Numbered from the stretch's first letter, positions 18,673 through 29,742 are shown. The stretch is DNA of 32,000 nucleotides from Nitrosospira multiformis ATCC 25196 (GCF_000196355.1 NC_007614.1:630001-662000), one strand, 5' to 3'. Made by a program: numbers and translations. The notes: generated from the letters alone by a model not told the origin.

Positions 18673-20904
18673 ATGTCTTCTCTACTCACCGCACTAAACC
18701 CGGAACAACTCGAAGCAGTTACGTTGCCCCATCAGTCGGCGTTGGTCCTTGCCGGCGCGGGCAGCGGCAAGACCAAGGTCCTTACGACCCGCATCGCGTA
18801 TCTGATCCAGTCCGGCGAAGTCAGTCCTCACGGAATATTGGCCGTCACTTTTACCAATAAGGCGGCCAAGGAAATGCTTACTCGCATTGCCGCCATGCTG
18901 CCCATCAATACGCGCGGCATGTGGATAGGTACCTTCCACGGCTTATGCAACCGCCTGCTTCGCGCTCATCACCAGGATGCCGGTTTGCCGCAAACCTTTC
19001 AGATTCTGGATTCCGCCGATCAGCTGGCGGTCATCAAGCGCATCCTGAAAAATCTGGGTGCGGACGATGAGAAATTTCCTCCGCGTCAGGTCCAATGGTT
19101 CATCAATAATGCCAAGGAGGAGGGGCTGCGTGCATCGCAGGTGGAAGCGTACGATGACTACACGCGCAAGATGGTCGAGTTCTATGCATCTTACGAGCAC
19201 CAATGCAACAAGGAAGGGGTGGTCGATTTTGCCGAGTTGTTGCTGCGCAGCTATGAATTGCTGATGCGCAACGAAATCGTACGCGAGCATTATCGCAGCC
19301 GGTTCCTGCACATCCTGGTGGACGAGTTCCAGGATACCAGTCGGCTGCAATACAAATGGCTGCGCCTGCTCGCCGGTCCGAAAACCGCTGTCTTTGCCGT
19401 GGGCGATGACGACCAGAGCATTTATGCCTTCCGTGGCGCCAATACCGGCAACATGAGAGAGTTCGAACAGGATTTTCGCATCCCCAGGATCATCAAACTG
19501 GAGCAGAACTACCGTTCACATGGCAATATTCTGGATGCTGCCAACACGCTGATACGCAACAATAATGGGCGGCTCGGCAAAAATCTCTGGACTTCAGAAG
19601 GGCGCGGTGAGCCGATACGGGTATACAACGCTCCGACGGATTTCGATGAAGCGGCGTTTATCGTGGATGAAGTCAAATCCCTGCGCGCAGAGGGAGTCCA
19701 ACTGTCCCAGATCGCGTTGCTTTATCGTTCCAATGCCCAATCACGTGTGCTGGAGCACGCCTTGTTCAATGCCTCGCTGCCTTACCGGGTATACGGAGGC
19801 ATGCGCTTCTTCGAGCGACAGGAAATCAAGCACGCATTGGCTTACCTGCGAATGATAGCCAATCCGGAGGACGACAACGCGCTACTGAGAATCGTCAACT
19901 TCCCGGCACGTGGTATCGGCCTGCGGAGTCTGGAGCAATTGCAGGATGAAGTCAGGCAACAGGGGGGAAGCCTCTGGGAAGCGATGCTGAAAAAATGCAG
20001 GGGCAGAGAACCCGCCACGTCAGGCTTGCTGAATAAGTCCTCGGCGGGAGTGGGGGAGAATAAAGAGCCGGACAGGCCCAGAAGAGGCATCGAGGGATTC
20101 GTTGCGCTGATCGAATCGATGCGGCAGGTTTGTGAAACCCTGCCGCTCCCGGAAATTGTCGAACATATGCTGGAGCACAGCGGATTGATCAGGCACTATC
20201 AAGCCGAGCGCGAGGGGGCCGACCGGCTGGAGAATTTGAACGAGTTGGTCACTGCGGCGACTGCCTTCGTGCACGAAGCCGAAGATGACGGTCTGGCCGT
20301 TTTTCTCAATCATGCTTCACTGGAAGCAGGCGAGCACCAGGCGGGCGGAGGGGAGGATGCCTTGCAGCTGATGACCGTGCACTCAGCCAAAGGACTGGAG
20401 TTTCACAGCGTATTTCTAAGCGGTCTCGAAGAAGGTTTGTTTCCCCACGATAACAGCCGTAACGAGGCGGGGGGGCTGGAAGAAGAGCGGCGCCTGATGT
20501 ACGTAGCCGTGACGCGCGCGAAGCGCCGGCTGTATTTGAGCTTTGCCCAAAGCCGCATGTTGCATGGCCAGACTCGCTACAACATTCCCACTCGATTCAT
20601 AGAGGAAATACCGCAGGGCGTGCTCAAGTGGCTGCAGCCCGTGCAGAAGACAGCGCCTTGGCGACCGGCGCCGCTTTCTCCCACTCAGGAGGTTGCGCAG
20701 CGCCCCCAAATCCGGGAAATGGGAGTGAGGGAGGCGACGGCATCGCCCTGGCGGGTGGGCCAGAACGTGGTTCACGCAAAGTTCGGGGCAGGAGTGATCG
20801 TCAACTGCGAAGGCCGCGGTGCCGATGCGCGGGTTGAGGTTAAATTCGGGCGCAATGGCAGCAAATGGTTGTTACTGGAATATGCAAAACTGACAGCGTT
20901 GTAA
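18673..20904 (+). CDS. uvrD: ATP-dependent DNA helicase, UvrD/Rep family
   Basis: ALVLAGAGSGKTKVLTTRIAYL, TFTNKAAKEM, LVDEFQDTSRLQ, VGDDDQSIYAFRGA, LMTVHSAKGLEFHSVFL; C-terminal KFGAGVIV UvrD-like domain. Confidence 0.94.
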   Translation: MSSLLTALNPEQLEAVTLPHQSALVLAGAGSGKTKVLTTRIAYLIQSGEVSPHGILAVTFTNKAAKEMLTRIAAMLPINTRGMWIGTFHGLCNRLLRAHHQDAGLPQTFQILDSADQLAVIKRILKNLGADDEKFPPRQVQWFINNAKEEGLRASQVEAYDDYTRKMVEFYASYEHQCNKEGVVDFAELLLRSYELLMRNEIVREHYRSRFLHILVDEFQDTSRLQYKWLRLLAGPKTAVFAVGDDDQSIYAFRGANTGNMREFEQDFRIPRIIKLEQNYRSHGNILDAANTLIRNNNGRLGKNLWTSEGRGEPIRVYNAPTDFDEAAFIVDEVKSLRAEGVQLSQIALLYRSNAQSRVLEHALFNASLPYRVYGGMRFFERQEIKHALAYLRMIANPEDDNALLRIVNFPARGIGLRSLEQLQDEVRQQGGSLWEAMLKKCRGREPATSGLLNKSSAGVGENKEPDRPRRGIEGFVALIESMRQVCETLPLPEIVEHMLEHSGLIRHYQAEREGADRLENLNELVTAATAFVHEAEDDGLAVFLNHASLEAGEHQAGGGEDALQLMTVHSAKGLEFHSVFLSGLEEGLFPHDNSRNEAGGLEEERRLMYVAVTRAKRRLYLSFAQSRMLHGQTRYNIPTRFIEEIPQGVLKWLQPVQKTAPWRPAPLSPTQEVAQRPQIREMGVREATASPWRVGQNVVHAKFGAGVIVNCEGRGADARVEVKFGRNGSKWLLLEYAKLTAL

Positions 20905-20988
20905 AGCCTGGAAGCCCGGGTGCCCAGGGGGGAGCTGGGAACAGTTTGCTTTCCGCCGTGCATTCCCCGTCATGGATCCCCGGGGGAA

Positions 20989-21726
20989 TCATGCGCTTTC
21001 CGAGACATCCCCGGAATTTGCTCCTACCTGAAAAATATCCATGTAGCTCGTGTAGATCGAAGCGAAAACGGTCGGGACCAGCACAAAAAGTCCCAGGCCG
21101 TAGGGAATCATGGCGATTATCGTGAACGCCACCAGTACAATCAGGTAAATCTGGAATGCCACGATGTTTTTCACGCACGCAAAGAAGCTGGTTCGCATTG
21201 CTTCCACTGGAGGCATTTCATCGAATACCGCCAGCAGAGGCGCAAACCAGGTGGCCATCAGGAGAGGAATGGACAGGGTCAGCGCTACCAGGGAAGCGGA
21301 TAACATATCCCCTGATACGTTTTTCAATTCATTTTCATCGACCCGTTTTCCTTCCAGCAGCAGGCTCATCAGCACGTCGCCGCCGACCAGCATGAATATG
21401 CCGACGATGAGTACCTGGCCCACCAGATAAATTCCCCCTATCGTAATCAGCGGTCCGGGGTTGCGAAAGCCCGCAAAGAGATGCCCTATTTCCAGCTGCC
21501 CTCCGTGTTCCAGCGTTCTGCAGCCGATCATCAGTCCCGCCAGGAATACCGGCGAGAGCAGCGTGAAAATGAATTGGCCTGCCGTTGGGATAAGTCCCAG
21601 GGTAGCCGCGATCAGCAGAAGGGTGGTGCAAAGAAGAATCCACACCATGGGGACTCTGCGGAACAACTGAAAACCTTCCGCTATCCATTCCCATCCCCTT
21701 CTCCCGTCTACCTGCCTGATATTCAT
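20989..21726 (-). CDS. BPSS1780-like multi-pass membrane protein
   Basis: GWEWIAEGFQLFRRVPMVWILLCTTLLLIAATLGLIPTAG...FAPLLAVFDEMPPVEAMRTSFFACVKNI; start taken at the in-frame ATG 21726 (MNIRQVDG). Confidence 0.75.
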   Translation of the reverse strand: MNIRQVDGRRGWEWIAEGFQLFRRVPMVWILLCTTLLLIAATLGLIPTAGQFIFTLLSPVFLAGLMIGCRTLEHGGQLEIGHLFAGFRNPGPLITIGGIYLVGQVLIVGIFMLVGGDVLMSLLLEGKRVDENELKNVSGDMLSASLVALTLSIPLLMATWFAPLLAVFDEMPPVEAMRTSFFACVKNIVAFQIYLIVLVAFTIIAMIPYGLGLFVLVPTVFASIYTSYMDIFQVGANSGDVSESA

Positions 21727-21779
21727 CTTGTTTTTTCTCCGATAAACGTCTTCCATCCCGCCTGCTGTTCAACTGGCGC

Positions 21780-22730
21780 TCAGATCCACACCTCGGCAAG
21801 CTTCGAGCGTGCTGCTGCATGGCTTTGCAGTATACGCATGAAGTGAGCAGGATCCTTCACGTGCGTAAGTTCTCCGGCGCGCGGCAGGTGATAGTCCTGC
21901 AGGCGTGAAAGCCAGAAGCGCAGCGCGCCGGCGCGCAGCATCACTGGCCAGGCGTCACGCTCAATCTCCAGCAGCGGCCGGGTGCGGTGATAGGCTTCGA
22001 GCAGCGATAAAGTCCGCTCCGGATCCAATTCCGCATTTTCGTTGAGACACCAGTCGTTCGCGGTAATCGCCAGGTCGTACAGCAGCACATCGTTGCAGGC
22101 AAAGTAGAAATCGATCACTCCGCCCATTGCGCCATCCTTGAAAAGGACATTGTCACGAAACAGGTCGGCATGGATCACGCCCCGGGGAAGGCTTTCCGTT
22201 CTATGCGATGATTGAAAGCGTAATTCCTCCCCGAGAATCGCAGCCTCATCCTCCGAAAGAAACGGCATGACTTCCTGCGCCGCAGCTTTCCACCATCTGG
22301 GCCCTCGCAAATTCTCCATTTTTTCCGGATAGGATAAGCCGGATAAATGCATGTTGGCCAGGAGTTCGCCAACCTCGGCGCAATGGGTGGCCGTGGGAGA
22401 TTCCTGCGACTTTCCGGGAAGGCAGGTGACGATGCTCGCCGGCTTGCCATTGAGCTCTCCCAGGAATTTATTGGCGAGATCCGCCACTGGGCTGGGGCAG
22501 GGAAGGCCGTGGCGCGCCAGGTAGGCCATCAGATTCAAATAGTAGGGTAGTTCCGCCGAAGTCAGTTTTTCAAATAGTGTCAGAACATATTTGCCGTGGC
22601 TGGTAGTGACAAAATAATTCGTATTTTCAATGCCGGAAGAAATACCCTGCAGATTGACCAATTTGCCGATGGAATAATTTCTCAGCCATGCGGAAAGCTG
22701 CTCATGGGTAACTATGGTGAAGACAGACAT
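21780..22730 (-). CDS. thrB: Homoserine kinase (APH-like, ThrB type II)
   Basis: [24 protein letters not shown]...[46 protein letters not shown]. Confidence 0.94.
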   Translation of the reverse strand: MSVFTIVTHEQLSAWLRNYSIGKLVNLQGISSGIENTNYFVTTSHGKYVLTLFEKLTSAELPYYLNLMAYLARHGLPCPSPVADLANKFLGELNGKPASIVTCLPGKSQESPTATHCAEVGELLANMHLSGLSYPEKMENLRGPRWWKAAAQEVMPFLSEDEAAILGEELRFQSSHRTESLPRGVIHADLFRDNVLFKDGAMGGVIDFYFACNDVLLYDLAITANDWCLNENAELDPERTLSLLEAYHRTRPLLEIERDAWPVMLRAGALRFWLSRLQDYHLPRAGELTHVKDPAHFMRILQSHAAARSKLAEVWI

Positions 22731-22787
22731 GGAGCGGGAAAGTAAGGCAGAAGCAGTTTAATCAGGCGCAATGGCTGTCCTGGAAAA

Positions 22788-23153
22788 TCAGAACTCGCGT
22801 ATCACCCACATGGGAGGGCGAATACGCTGATCCAGACCGCCTGTATCGTGGGTGGAAAAAGTGCCGTCGCCGCGATTGTCGATCAGGTAATACGGAAGCC
22901 CTATGCGCGGTATGACCTTGATCATGTAGAGGCGTCCATTGAGGCGATATTCCTCGATCTGGTCCTCTCCGCGCTTGGTGATGGTAACCTGCGGCTCAAG
23001 CGATTCTTCCTCGTCTTCGATACCCGTCGAAGGCAGCGATAATTCCGGGGGTTCCGGCACTTCCGGTATGGGTCGCAGATCCTTGGGCTGATTGGATTGC
23101 GCCGCCGCTGGCAGTACAGAACTCAATAACAGTGCAACAACGATACGACGCAT
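22788..23153 (-). CDS. DUF2782-family secreted protein
   Basis: Signal peptide MRRIVVALLLSSVLPAAAQ, then EPQVTITKRGEDQIEEYRLNGRLYMIKVIPRIGLPYYLID. Confidence 0.75.
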   Translation of the reverse strand: MRRIVVALLLSSVLPAAAQSNQPKDLRPIPEVPEPPELSLPSTGIEDEEESLEPQVTITKRGEDQIEEYRLNGRLYMIKVIPRIGLPYYLIDNRGDGTFSTHDTGGLDQRIRPPMWVIREF

Positions 23154-23208
23154 GGCGCCTCCCGGCGGGTCAGGTCAATACGCCATTCTATCCGAAATGC
23201 CCTGGCTG

Positions 23209-23937
23209 TTATAGATTGAGTTGAATTTCCCGTTCAGCGACGGAAGGCTCGAAGCCGCGCGTCTCGTAATACTTGAATATCGCATCCACCACCTCCGCCG
23301 GCTCGTCGATTACCTGGATCAGATCCATATCTTCAGGGGCGATCATGCCCTCTGCAACGAGTACATTCTGCAGCCATTCGAGCATGCCGCGCCAGAAATC
23401 CGAACGAACCAGGATAATGGGCATTCTGCGCGTCTTTCCGGTCTGGACCAGTGTCAGCGCTTCCATCAGTTCATCCAGGGTGCCGAATCCGCCTGGCAGC
23501 ACTACATAGGCCGTCGCGAGTTTGACGAACATGTACTTGCGCGCAAAAAAATGGCGGAACGTCTGGCTGACGTCCTGATAAACATTCCGGTGCTGCTCGT
23601 GCGGCAACTGGATATTCAGTCCGATACTGGGGGATTCGCCATAATAAGCCCCCTTGTTCGCGGCTTCCATGATCCCCGGCCCCCCGCCGGAAATGACGGA
23701 AAAGCCTGCATCGGAGAGTTGCCGCGCAATCTGCTCGGTTAACTCATAGTAGGGATGATCAGGGAGAGTGCGGGCACTGCCGAAAATGCTGACCGCAGGC
23801 ATGACGGAGTGGAGACGCTCCGTTGCCTCGACAAATTCTGCCATAATCCCGAACACCCGCCAGGATTCACGTCCTGACCATGCCTTCTCCTGGAAATCGT
23901 TTGTCATGGTACGGGCTGCTTTGTTTTTCAGGCTCAT
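23209..23937 (-). CDS. LOG/TIGR00730-family Rossmann-fold protein (putative cytokinin riboside 5'-monophosphate phosphoribohydrolase)
   Basis: VISGGGPGIMEAANKGAYYGESPSIGLNI and VVLPGGFGTLDELMEALTLVQTGK motifs (PGGxGTxxE). Confidence 0.92.
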   Translation of the reverse strand: MSLKNKAARTMTNDFQEKAWSGRESWRVFGIMAEFVEATERLHSVMPAVSIFGSARTLPDHPYYELTEQIARQLSDAGFSVISGGGPGIMEAANKGAYYGESPSIGLNIQLPHEQHRNVYQDVSQTFRHFFARKYMFVKLATAYVVLPGGFGTLDELMEALTLVQTGKTRRMPIILVRSDFWRGMLEWLQNVLVAEGMIAPEDMDLIQVIDEPAEVVDAIFKYYETRGFEPSVAEREIQLNL

Positions 23938-23958
23938 CGGAAAACCTTTGGAAGTTAA

Positions 23959-26676
23959 ATGAAAACACTACTGCTGGTCGATGGTTCATCTTATCTGTAT
24001 CGCGCTTTTCACGCGCTGCCCGATTTCCGCAACCGCAATAACGAGCCGACCGGTGCAGTCTATGGCGTGCTGAATATGCTGCGCCGCTTGCACAAGGATT
24101 ATCAGGCCGATTATAGCGCTTGCGTATTTGATGCAAAAGGCAAGACTTTCCGCGATGAGCTCTACGCCGAGTACAAGGCGAACCGGCCGCCCATGCCCGA
24201 CGAGCTTGCCGCCCAGATTGCGCCGCTCCTGGAATGCATAAATGCAATGGGATGGCCGATGCTTTCTGTGGAAGGAGTAGAGGCGGACGATGTGATCGGC
24301 ACGCTGGTGAAACAGGCCGAAGGCGAGAACATGCGCTGCATCATTTCGACTGGCGATAAAGACATTGCGCAACTGGTGAACCCCCAAGTGACCCTCGTCA
24401 ATACCATGACGAATGAAATGCTTGATGAAGCCGGTGTGCTTGGACGTTTCGGCGTACCTCCGGAACGCATGCTCGACTATCTGGCGCTGGTGGGTGACGC
24501 GGTCGACAACATCCCCGGCGTAGCGAAGGTGGGACCAAAAACCGCGGTGAAGTGGCTCAATCAATATGGGACACTCGATAACTTGCTTGTCCATGCTGGC
24601 GAAATAGGCGGCGTAGTAGGGGAGAATCTGCGCAATGCGCTGGGCTGGTTGAGCAGATCGCGGCAACTGCTCTCCATCAAGTGCGACGTTTCGTTGCCGG
24701 TCAGCCTGCATGATCTCGGACCCCAGCCCCCTGACATGGTAAAGCTCGCGGAGTTGTACGAGCGGCTGGACTTCAAGAGCTGGTTGCGCGAATTGCAACA
24801 GGAATCCCAGGCGGAAGGAGCCGCTGATGCGCTTTCTCGGGGTTTTGCCCCGGCAGGCTCGAATCTGGTGCAGGCCGATTATCAGACCATTCTTACTCCC
24901 GAGCAACTCGATGAGTGGATGATGCGAATCGCCGCGGCGCCGCTCGCCTCACTCGACACCGAAACGACGGGGCTTGATCCGATGCGCGCCGAGCTGGTGG
25001 GTATCTCGTTTTCCGTGGAACCGCATCACGGGGCCTATATACCGCTGGGACATCGTTATACCGGTGTCCCCCGCCAGTTGCCGCTCGACTTTGTGCTCGA
25101 AAAGCTCAAACCCTGGCTGACAGACCCTTCCGCCCCCAAACTGGGGCAGAACCTGAAGTTTGACAGGCACGTGTTCGCCAACCACGGCATCGGGTTGAAA
25201 GGAATCGTTCACGATACGCTGCTGCAATCCTATGTCTTCGAATCCCATCGCCCGCACGATATGGACAACCTTGCGCTGCGGCATCTGGGGATCAAAACCA
25301 TCACCTATGATGAAGTCACCGGCAAGGGAGCCGCCCGAATAGGTTTCGAGCAGGTGGATATCGAACGCGCTGCGCAATATGCAGCCGAGGACGCGGATGT
25401 CACGCTGCAGCTGCACCAGCACCTGTATGCTGAAGTTGGCAAGGATGCAAAGCTCGATCATATCTATCGCACGCTGGAAATGCCCGTGATGGATGTCCTG
25501 TTCGAGATGGAGCGCAACGGGGTGCTCCTGGATATCAAATTGCTGGAAACGCAAAGCCGCGAGCTCGGCGAGAAAATGCTGGCGCTGGAGGAGCGCGCCT
25601 GCACCATTGCCGGGCTGCCATTCAACCTGAATTCACCCAAACAGATTCAGGAAATCCTGTTTGACAGACTCAAGCTGCCTGTCATGAAAAAAACACCGAG
25701 CGGCGTTCCTTCCACCGACGAAGATGTACTGCAGAAACTTGCACTTGATTATCCCCTCGCCAGGGCTCTGCTGGATTATCGGGGTCTTGCCAAACTCAAG
25801 TCGACTTACACCGACAAGCTGCCGCGCATGGTGCATCCCGTTACTGGAAGAGTGCACACCAATTATGCCCAGGCTGTGGCGGTGACGGGCAGACTCGCCA
25901 GTAACGAACCGAACTTGCAGAACATACCCATCCGCACTGCCGAAGGGCGGCGTATCCGGGAAGCGTTCATTGCCCCGAGCGGATACAGAATCATTTCCGC
26001 GGATTATTCACAGATCGAATTACGCATCATGGCGCACATTTCGCAGGATGCCGGACTGCTCAAGGCCTTTGCACAAGGGGAAGACATCCATCGCGCCACG
26101 GGCTCCGAGATATTCGGCGTTCCCCTGGAAACAGTGAACAGCGAACAGCGCAGGTATGCAAAAATCATCAATTTCGGCCTGATCTACGGTATGTCGGAAT
26201 TCGGACTCGCGACGCAACTGGGGATTGAGCGGGCCGCGGCCAGAACCTATATGGACCGCTACTTTTCCCGCTATCCGGGAGTGGCGGACTACATGCAGCG
26301 GACACGGAAAACCGCCAGGGAAAACCGCTATGTGGAGACCGTTTTCGGGCGGCGGCTGTGGTTGTCGGAGATCAACAGTTCCAACGGCATGCGTCGTCAG
26401 GCGGCGGAACGCGCTGCCATCAACGCGCCCATGCAGGGTACTGCCGCCGATATCATCAAGCTTGCCATGATAGAAGTGCATGACTGGCTGCGGCGGCATG
26501 AACTGCGCAGCAAACTCGTCATGCAGGTCCATGACGAACTGGTGTTGGAGGTGCCGGAAAACGAAATCGAGACCATAAAGCGCGAGTTGCCGTTGCTCAT
26601 GGGCAATGTGGCGCAACTTCAGGTGCCGTTATTGGTGGAAGTAGGCGTCGGGCCAAATTGGGAGCAGGCCCACTGA
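23959..26676 (+). CDS. polA: DNA polymerase I
   Basis: 5'-3' exo domain (LLLVDGSSYLYRAFHALP), 3'-5' exo motif SLDTETTGLDPM, polymerase motifs DYSQIELRIMAH and QVHDELVLEV. Confidence 0.97.
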   Translation: MKTLLLVDGSSYLYRAFHALPDFRNRNNEPTGAVYGVLNMLRRLHKDYQADYSACVFDAKGKTFRDELYAEYKANRPPMPDELAAQIAPLLECINAMGWPMLSVEGVEADDVIGTLVKQAEGENMRCIISTGDKDIAQLVNPQVTLVNTMTNEMLDEAGVLGRFGVPPERMLDYLALVGDAVDNIPGVAKVGPKTAVKWLNQYGTLDNLLVHAGEIGGVVGENLRNALGWLSRSRQLLSIKCDVSLPVSLHDLGPQPPDMVKLAELYERLDFKSWLRELQQESQAEGAADALSRGFAPAGSNLVQADYQTILTPEQLDEWMMRIAAAPLASLDTETTGLDPMRAELVGISFSVEPHHGAYIPLGHRYTGVPRQLPLDFVLEKLKPWLTDPSAPKLGQNLKFDRHVFANHGIGLKGIVHDTLLQSYVFESHRPHDMDNLALRHLGIKTITYDEVTGKGAARIGFEQVDIERAAQYAAEDADVTLQLHQHLYAEVGKDAKLDHIYRTLEMPVMDVLFEMERNGVLLDIKLLETQSRELGEKMLALEERACTIAGLPFNLNSPKQIQEILFDRLKLPVMKKTPSGVPSTDEDVLQKLALDYPLARALLDYRGLAKLKSTYTDKLPRMVHPVTGRVHTNYAQAVAVTGRLASNEPNLQNIPIRTAEGRRIREAFIAPSGYRIISADYSQIELRIMAHISQDAGLLKAFAQGEDIHRATGSEIFGVPLETVNSEQRRYAKIINFGLIYGMSEFGLATQLGIERAAARTYMDRYFSRYPGVADYMQRTRKTARENRYVETVFGRRLWLSEINSSNGMRRQAAERAAINAPMQGTAADIIKLAMIEVHDWLRRHELRSKLVMQVHDELVLEVPENEIETIKRELPLLMGNVAQLQVPLLVEVGVGPNWEQAH

Positions 26677-26715
26677 ACACAGGGGTGAAAAGAGCGGGAA
26701 GGGGAGAAGTATTGC

Positions 26716-26745
26716 TTGCTAAATTGCTGAAAATTGCCGTAAAAT
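26716..26745 (+). promoter_or_regulatory. Candidate sigma70 promoter for rpsP-rimM-trmD-rplS
   Basis: TTGCTA (26716-26721), 18-nt spacer, TAAAAT (26740-26745), about 40 bp upstream of the rpsP start. Confidence 0.45.
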
Positions 26746-26784
26746 CACCCCCTTTTCGGTTTTGGACCTCCACAGGCAATTTAC

Positions 26785-27048
26785 ATGGTCATTATTCGAC
26801 TGGCGCGAGGCGGCGCAAAAAAACGCCCGTTTTTCAATATGGTCGTAGCAGATTCACGCAATGCGCGTGATGGCAAGTTTATCGAGCGCGTCGGTTTTTA
26901 TAACCCCCGGGCAGCCGAGGGTGAGGAATCGCTTCGCGTCAAGCTGGATCGCGTCACCTATTGGCAATCAAAAGGTGCGCAGCCGTCAGATACCGTGAAA
27001 AAGCTGATCAAGCAGTTTGATTCCAGACAAGAAGTCGCAGGAAGCTGA
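26785..27048 (+). CDS. rpsP: 30S ribosomal protein S16
   Basis: [41 protein letters not shown]. Confidence 0.97.
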   Translation: MVIIRLARGGAKKRPFFNMVVADSRNARDGKFIERVGFYNPRAAEGEESLRVKLDRVTYWQSKGAQPSDTVKKLIKQFDSRQEVAGS

Positions 27049-27070
27049 ATCGGGCCAATCCCCCGAACCA

Positions 27071-27577
27071 ATGGTGATAATGGGCCGCGTTGCCGGTCCA
27101 TATGCGGTAGCCGGCTGGATCAAGGTTTTTCCCTATACCGAATATGTGGATGGCTTGCTGGATTACCCGGACTGGTGGCTGGGCAGCGAGGGCGGCAAAT
27201 GGCACAAATTCAAAGTGATCGAGGGCGAGGTTCACGGGAGCGTATTGCTGGCCTCACTTGAACAATGTGCGGACCGTGACGCGGCTGCGCGGCTAAAGGG
27301 ACTGAAGATCGCCATTCCACGCAGGCTGCTGCCGGCATTGCCGGAAAGCGGCGAGGAAGGTTATTACTGGTCGGATCTCATTGGGCTTGCAGTCATCAAT
27401 CTGCAGGGTGAGGTGCTGGGTAAGGTGGCGGGGCTGCTGGAAACCGGAGCGAACGATGTGCTTCAGGTGCAAAATCCGGAAGAAACCGAAAGACTGATAC
27501 CTTTCATAGACCAGGTGATCATCAAAGTCGATCTGGCGGCGGGTCGGATTACGGTGGATTGGGGTCTGGACTACTGA
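27071..27577 (+). CDS. rimM: Ribosome maturation factor RimM
   Basis: [38 protein letters not shown]...[11 protein letters not shown]; ATG at 27071 preferred over the overlapping start at 27017. Confidence 0.94.
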   Translation: MVIMGRVAGPYAVAGWIKVFPYTEYVDGLLDYPDWWLGSEGGKWHKFKVIEGEVHGSVLLASLEQCADRDAAARLKGLKIAIPRRLLPALPESGEEGYYWSDLIGLAVINLQGEVLGKVAGLLETGANDVLQVQNPEETERLIPFIDQVIIKVDLAAGRITVDWGLDY

Positions 27578-27579
27578 TT

Positions 27580-28350
27580 ATGACGTTTGATTTCGACGTT
27601 ATCACCCTGTTCCCCGAGATGTTCAACGCTGTAACCAGGTACGGGGTAACCGGGCGGGCGAATGAGAATGCCATCTATCGCCTGTATACCTGGAATCCGC
27701 GGGAATTTACCGAGGACAATTATCGCAGGGTGGACGACCGGCCCTACGGGGGCGGACCCGGCATGGTAATGCTGGCAGAGCCCCTGGAAAAAGCGATAAC
27801 TGCCGCCAGGGAAAGGCAAAGAGCCTGTGGTATCGGCAGCACGAAAGTGGTTTATCTGTCACCTCAGGGAAGACCCCTGAACCAGAATGTGGTGATGGAG
27901 TTAAGCGAATTGTCTGCATTGGTGCTGCTGGCAGGCCGTTATGAAGGAGTGGATGAGCGGCTGATAGAACGCCAGGTGGACTATGAGATTTCCATCGGGG
28001 ATTATGTCGTATCCGGCGGTGAACTGGCGTCGATGGTGCTCATGGACTGTGTGGTGCGGCAGCTGCCTGGCGTACTGGGGGATCCGGAATCCGCGAATCA
28101 GGATTCCTTTACAGCAGGTTTGCTGGATTTTCCCCACTACACCCGGCCGGAGGTCTATCGGGGAAGCGTAGTGCCCGAGGTCCTGTTGTCCGGAAATCAC
28201 GCCAGGATTGAACGCTGGCGGTTACAGCAGTCCCTTGGGAGAACATGGTTGCGGCGGCCCGACCTGCTGGCATTGAAAATGGAGAAAGGCCTCACCGCGG
28301 AAGAGCGGAAATTGCTGGAAGAATTCCAGCATGCATACGAAGCGAATTGA
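27580..28350 (+). CDS. trmD: tRNA (guanine-N1)-methyltransferase
   Basis: [64 protein letters not shown]. Confidence 0.97.
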   Translation: MTFDFDVITLFPEMFNAVTRYGVTGRANENAIYRLYTWNPREFTEDNYRRVDDRPYGGGPGMVMLAEPLEKAITAARERQRACGIGSTKVVYLSPQGRPLNQNVVMELSELSALVLLAGRYEGVDERLIERQVDYEISIGDYVVSGGELASMVLMDCVVRQLPGVLGDPESANQDSFTAGLLDFPHYTRPEVYRGSVVPEVLLSGNHARIERWRLQQSLGRTWLRRPDLLALKMEKGLTAEERKLLEEFQHAYEAN

Positions 28351-28404
28351 GCGCCAACTTGAAAGTTACTGAAACGCAAGGAATATAAGGCAAGGAGTCA
28401 CGAA

Positions 28405-28812
28405 ATGAATCTGATCGAGCAACTTGAAAGCGAAGAAATCAGCCGCCTGGGCAAGACAATTCCCGATTTTGCCCCTGGAGATACGGTTGTCGTCAACGTC
28501 AAGGTGGTGGAAGGAGACCGAAAACGTATTCAGGCGTACGAGGGTACCGTCATTGCCAAGCGTAACCGTGGTCTCAATTCTGCCTTTACCGTGCGCAAGG
28601 TATCCAGCGGTGAGGGAGTGGAAAGGACTTTTCAGACCTATTCTCCCCTGATTGCGAGCATAGAGATCAAACGCCGGGGGGCAGTGCGTCGCGCCAAGCT
28701 TTATTATCTGCGCGATCGGTCCGGCAAATCTGCCCGCATTCGCGAAAAACTGCCCGCTCGCGCTTCAGCCAGGAAGGCTGAAAACGGAACGCAAAAGACC
28801 GAGCAGGCCTAA
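28405..28812 (+). CDS. rplS: 50S ribosomal protein L19
   Basis: [37 protein letters not shown]...[22 protein letters not shown]. Confidence 0.97.
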
Positions 28813-29098
28813 ATATTAAGCCGGCATTAAGCCGGCTTCAAGCTTTAAGGAGCCGCTGAGCAGATCTCCAACGGTTCCTTTCTCCATAGGCATTCGTGGA
28901 GGGAGTTGTGCGCGGTTACTCTCGTTCATGCTCTTGAGTACGCTATGCACGTTCGTCACTCGTGCGCCTCGTCATTCAGGATGATCCTGAGTCCGGCAAA
29001 GGCAGCGAAGGTAAGAGACAGAAGAGACTGCCAAGGCAGGATAAGCCTGAGTGCTGCGATCAGCGAATTTCGGTCATCAAATTCAGACTATGTATAAT

Positions 29099-29125
29099 GG
29101 GGTTAAGGTTTTCAGCCCTAACCCC
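29099..29125 (-). terminator. Candidate hairpin downstream of the cytochrome c gene
   Basis: GGGGTTA (29099-29105) pairs with TAACCCC (29119-29125), about 25 bp beyond the stop codon. It has only a weak T-rich tail. Confidence 0.35.
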
Positions 29126-29151
29126 CAGTTCCACTTTTCTTCTGCCAGCAC

Positions 29152-29742
29152 TTAATTCTGCTTCGGCTGCGGCTTGTTTTCGATTTCCTTGTGCCAGATA
29201 TCATAAACCTCATCGGGCCAGAGTGATTTGATCCAGACGATCACGTCCCCGATCTGCTGGTTTGTCAGTTTTCCCTTCCAGGCTGGCATGGCCCCATCCA
29301 CGCTGCCATCCTGAATCATTTTTTCCAACGTTTCGGTTGAGTGATGCCAGGCGTGAGCGCTGCCATCCAATGGTGGCGGAGGATACCGCCCGTCCGGTCC
29401 CGGAGTACGCCAACCTGGCGTAGCTTCACCGTTAGGTCCGTGACAACTTGCACAATTCTTTCGATAAATCTCTTCGCCGCGCTTGATTCTTTCCGGCGCC
29501 AGCTTGCGTGCGGCGAGGTTTTTAGGCGGCTCCACCTTAGCAGCGGCAGGTGGGGTTGGTTCAGCCGGAACCGTACCGGCCTCCGCAGCAGGTGGGGCGG
29601 AAGATTCAGGCGGCGTCTCGGGTGACGCAGTCTCCGTGCCGGAAGGCGTGGTTGCGGATGACGGGGCGAGCTGCTTCGGCTCCCCGCATCCCGCGAGCAG
29701 TCCCATCGTGATGCTTGCCAGGAGCAATAACCGCATATTCAT
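29152..29742 (-). CDS. c-type cytochrome, predicted lipoprotein with Pro/Ala-rich linker
   Basis: Lipobox-like MNMRLLLLASITMGLLAGC, Pro/Ala linker, heme motif RKNCASCHGPNGE, distal Met region DGAMPAWKGKL. In-frame start at 29742 preferred over the 29865 extension. Confidence 0.88.
   Translation of the reverse strand: MNMRLLLLASITMGLLAGCGEPKQLAPSSATTPSGTETASPETPPESSAPPAAEAGTVPAEPTPPAAAKVEPPKNLAARKLAPERIKRGEEIYRKNCASCHGPNGEATPGWRTPGPDGRYPPPPLDGSAHAWHHSTETLEKMIQDGSVDGAMPAWKGKLTNQQIGDVIVWIKSLWPDEVYDIWHKEIENKPQPKQN

Noticed and set aside
23986-24906. 306-aa minus-strand ORF
   Set aside because: Antisense to the 5' portion of polA. polA has unmistakable motifs, so this is a shadow frame.
28817-28840. 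Duplicated ATTAAGCCGGC just after rplS
   Set aside because: Could form a short stem but has no T-tract. Not enough evidence for a terminator or repeat family.
29093-29098. Perfect TATAAT on the plus strand before the 29099-29125 hairpin
   Set aside because: No acceptable -35 at 16-18 nt spacing (candidates read TTCGGT, TCGGTC or CGGTCA), and it would run convergently into the cytochrome c gene. Not called as a promoter.
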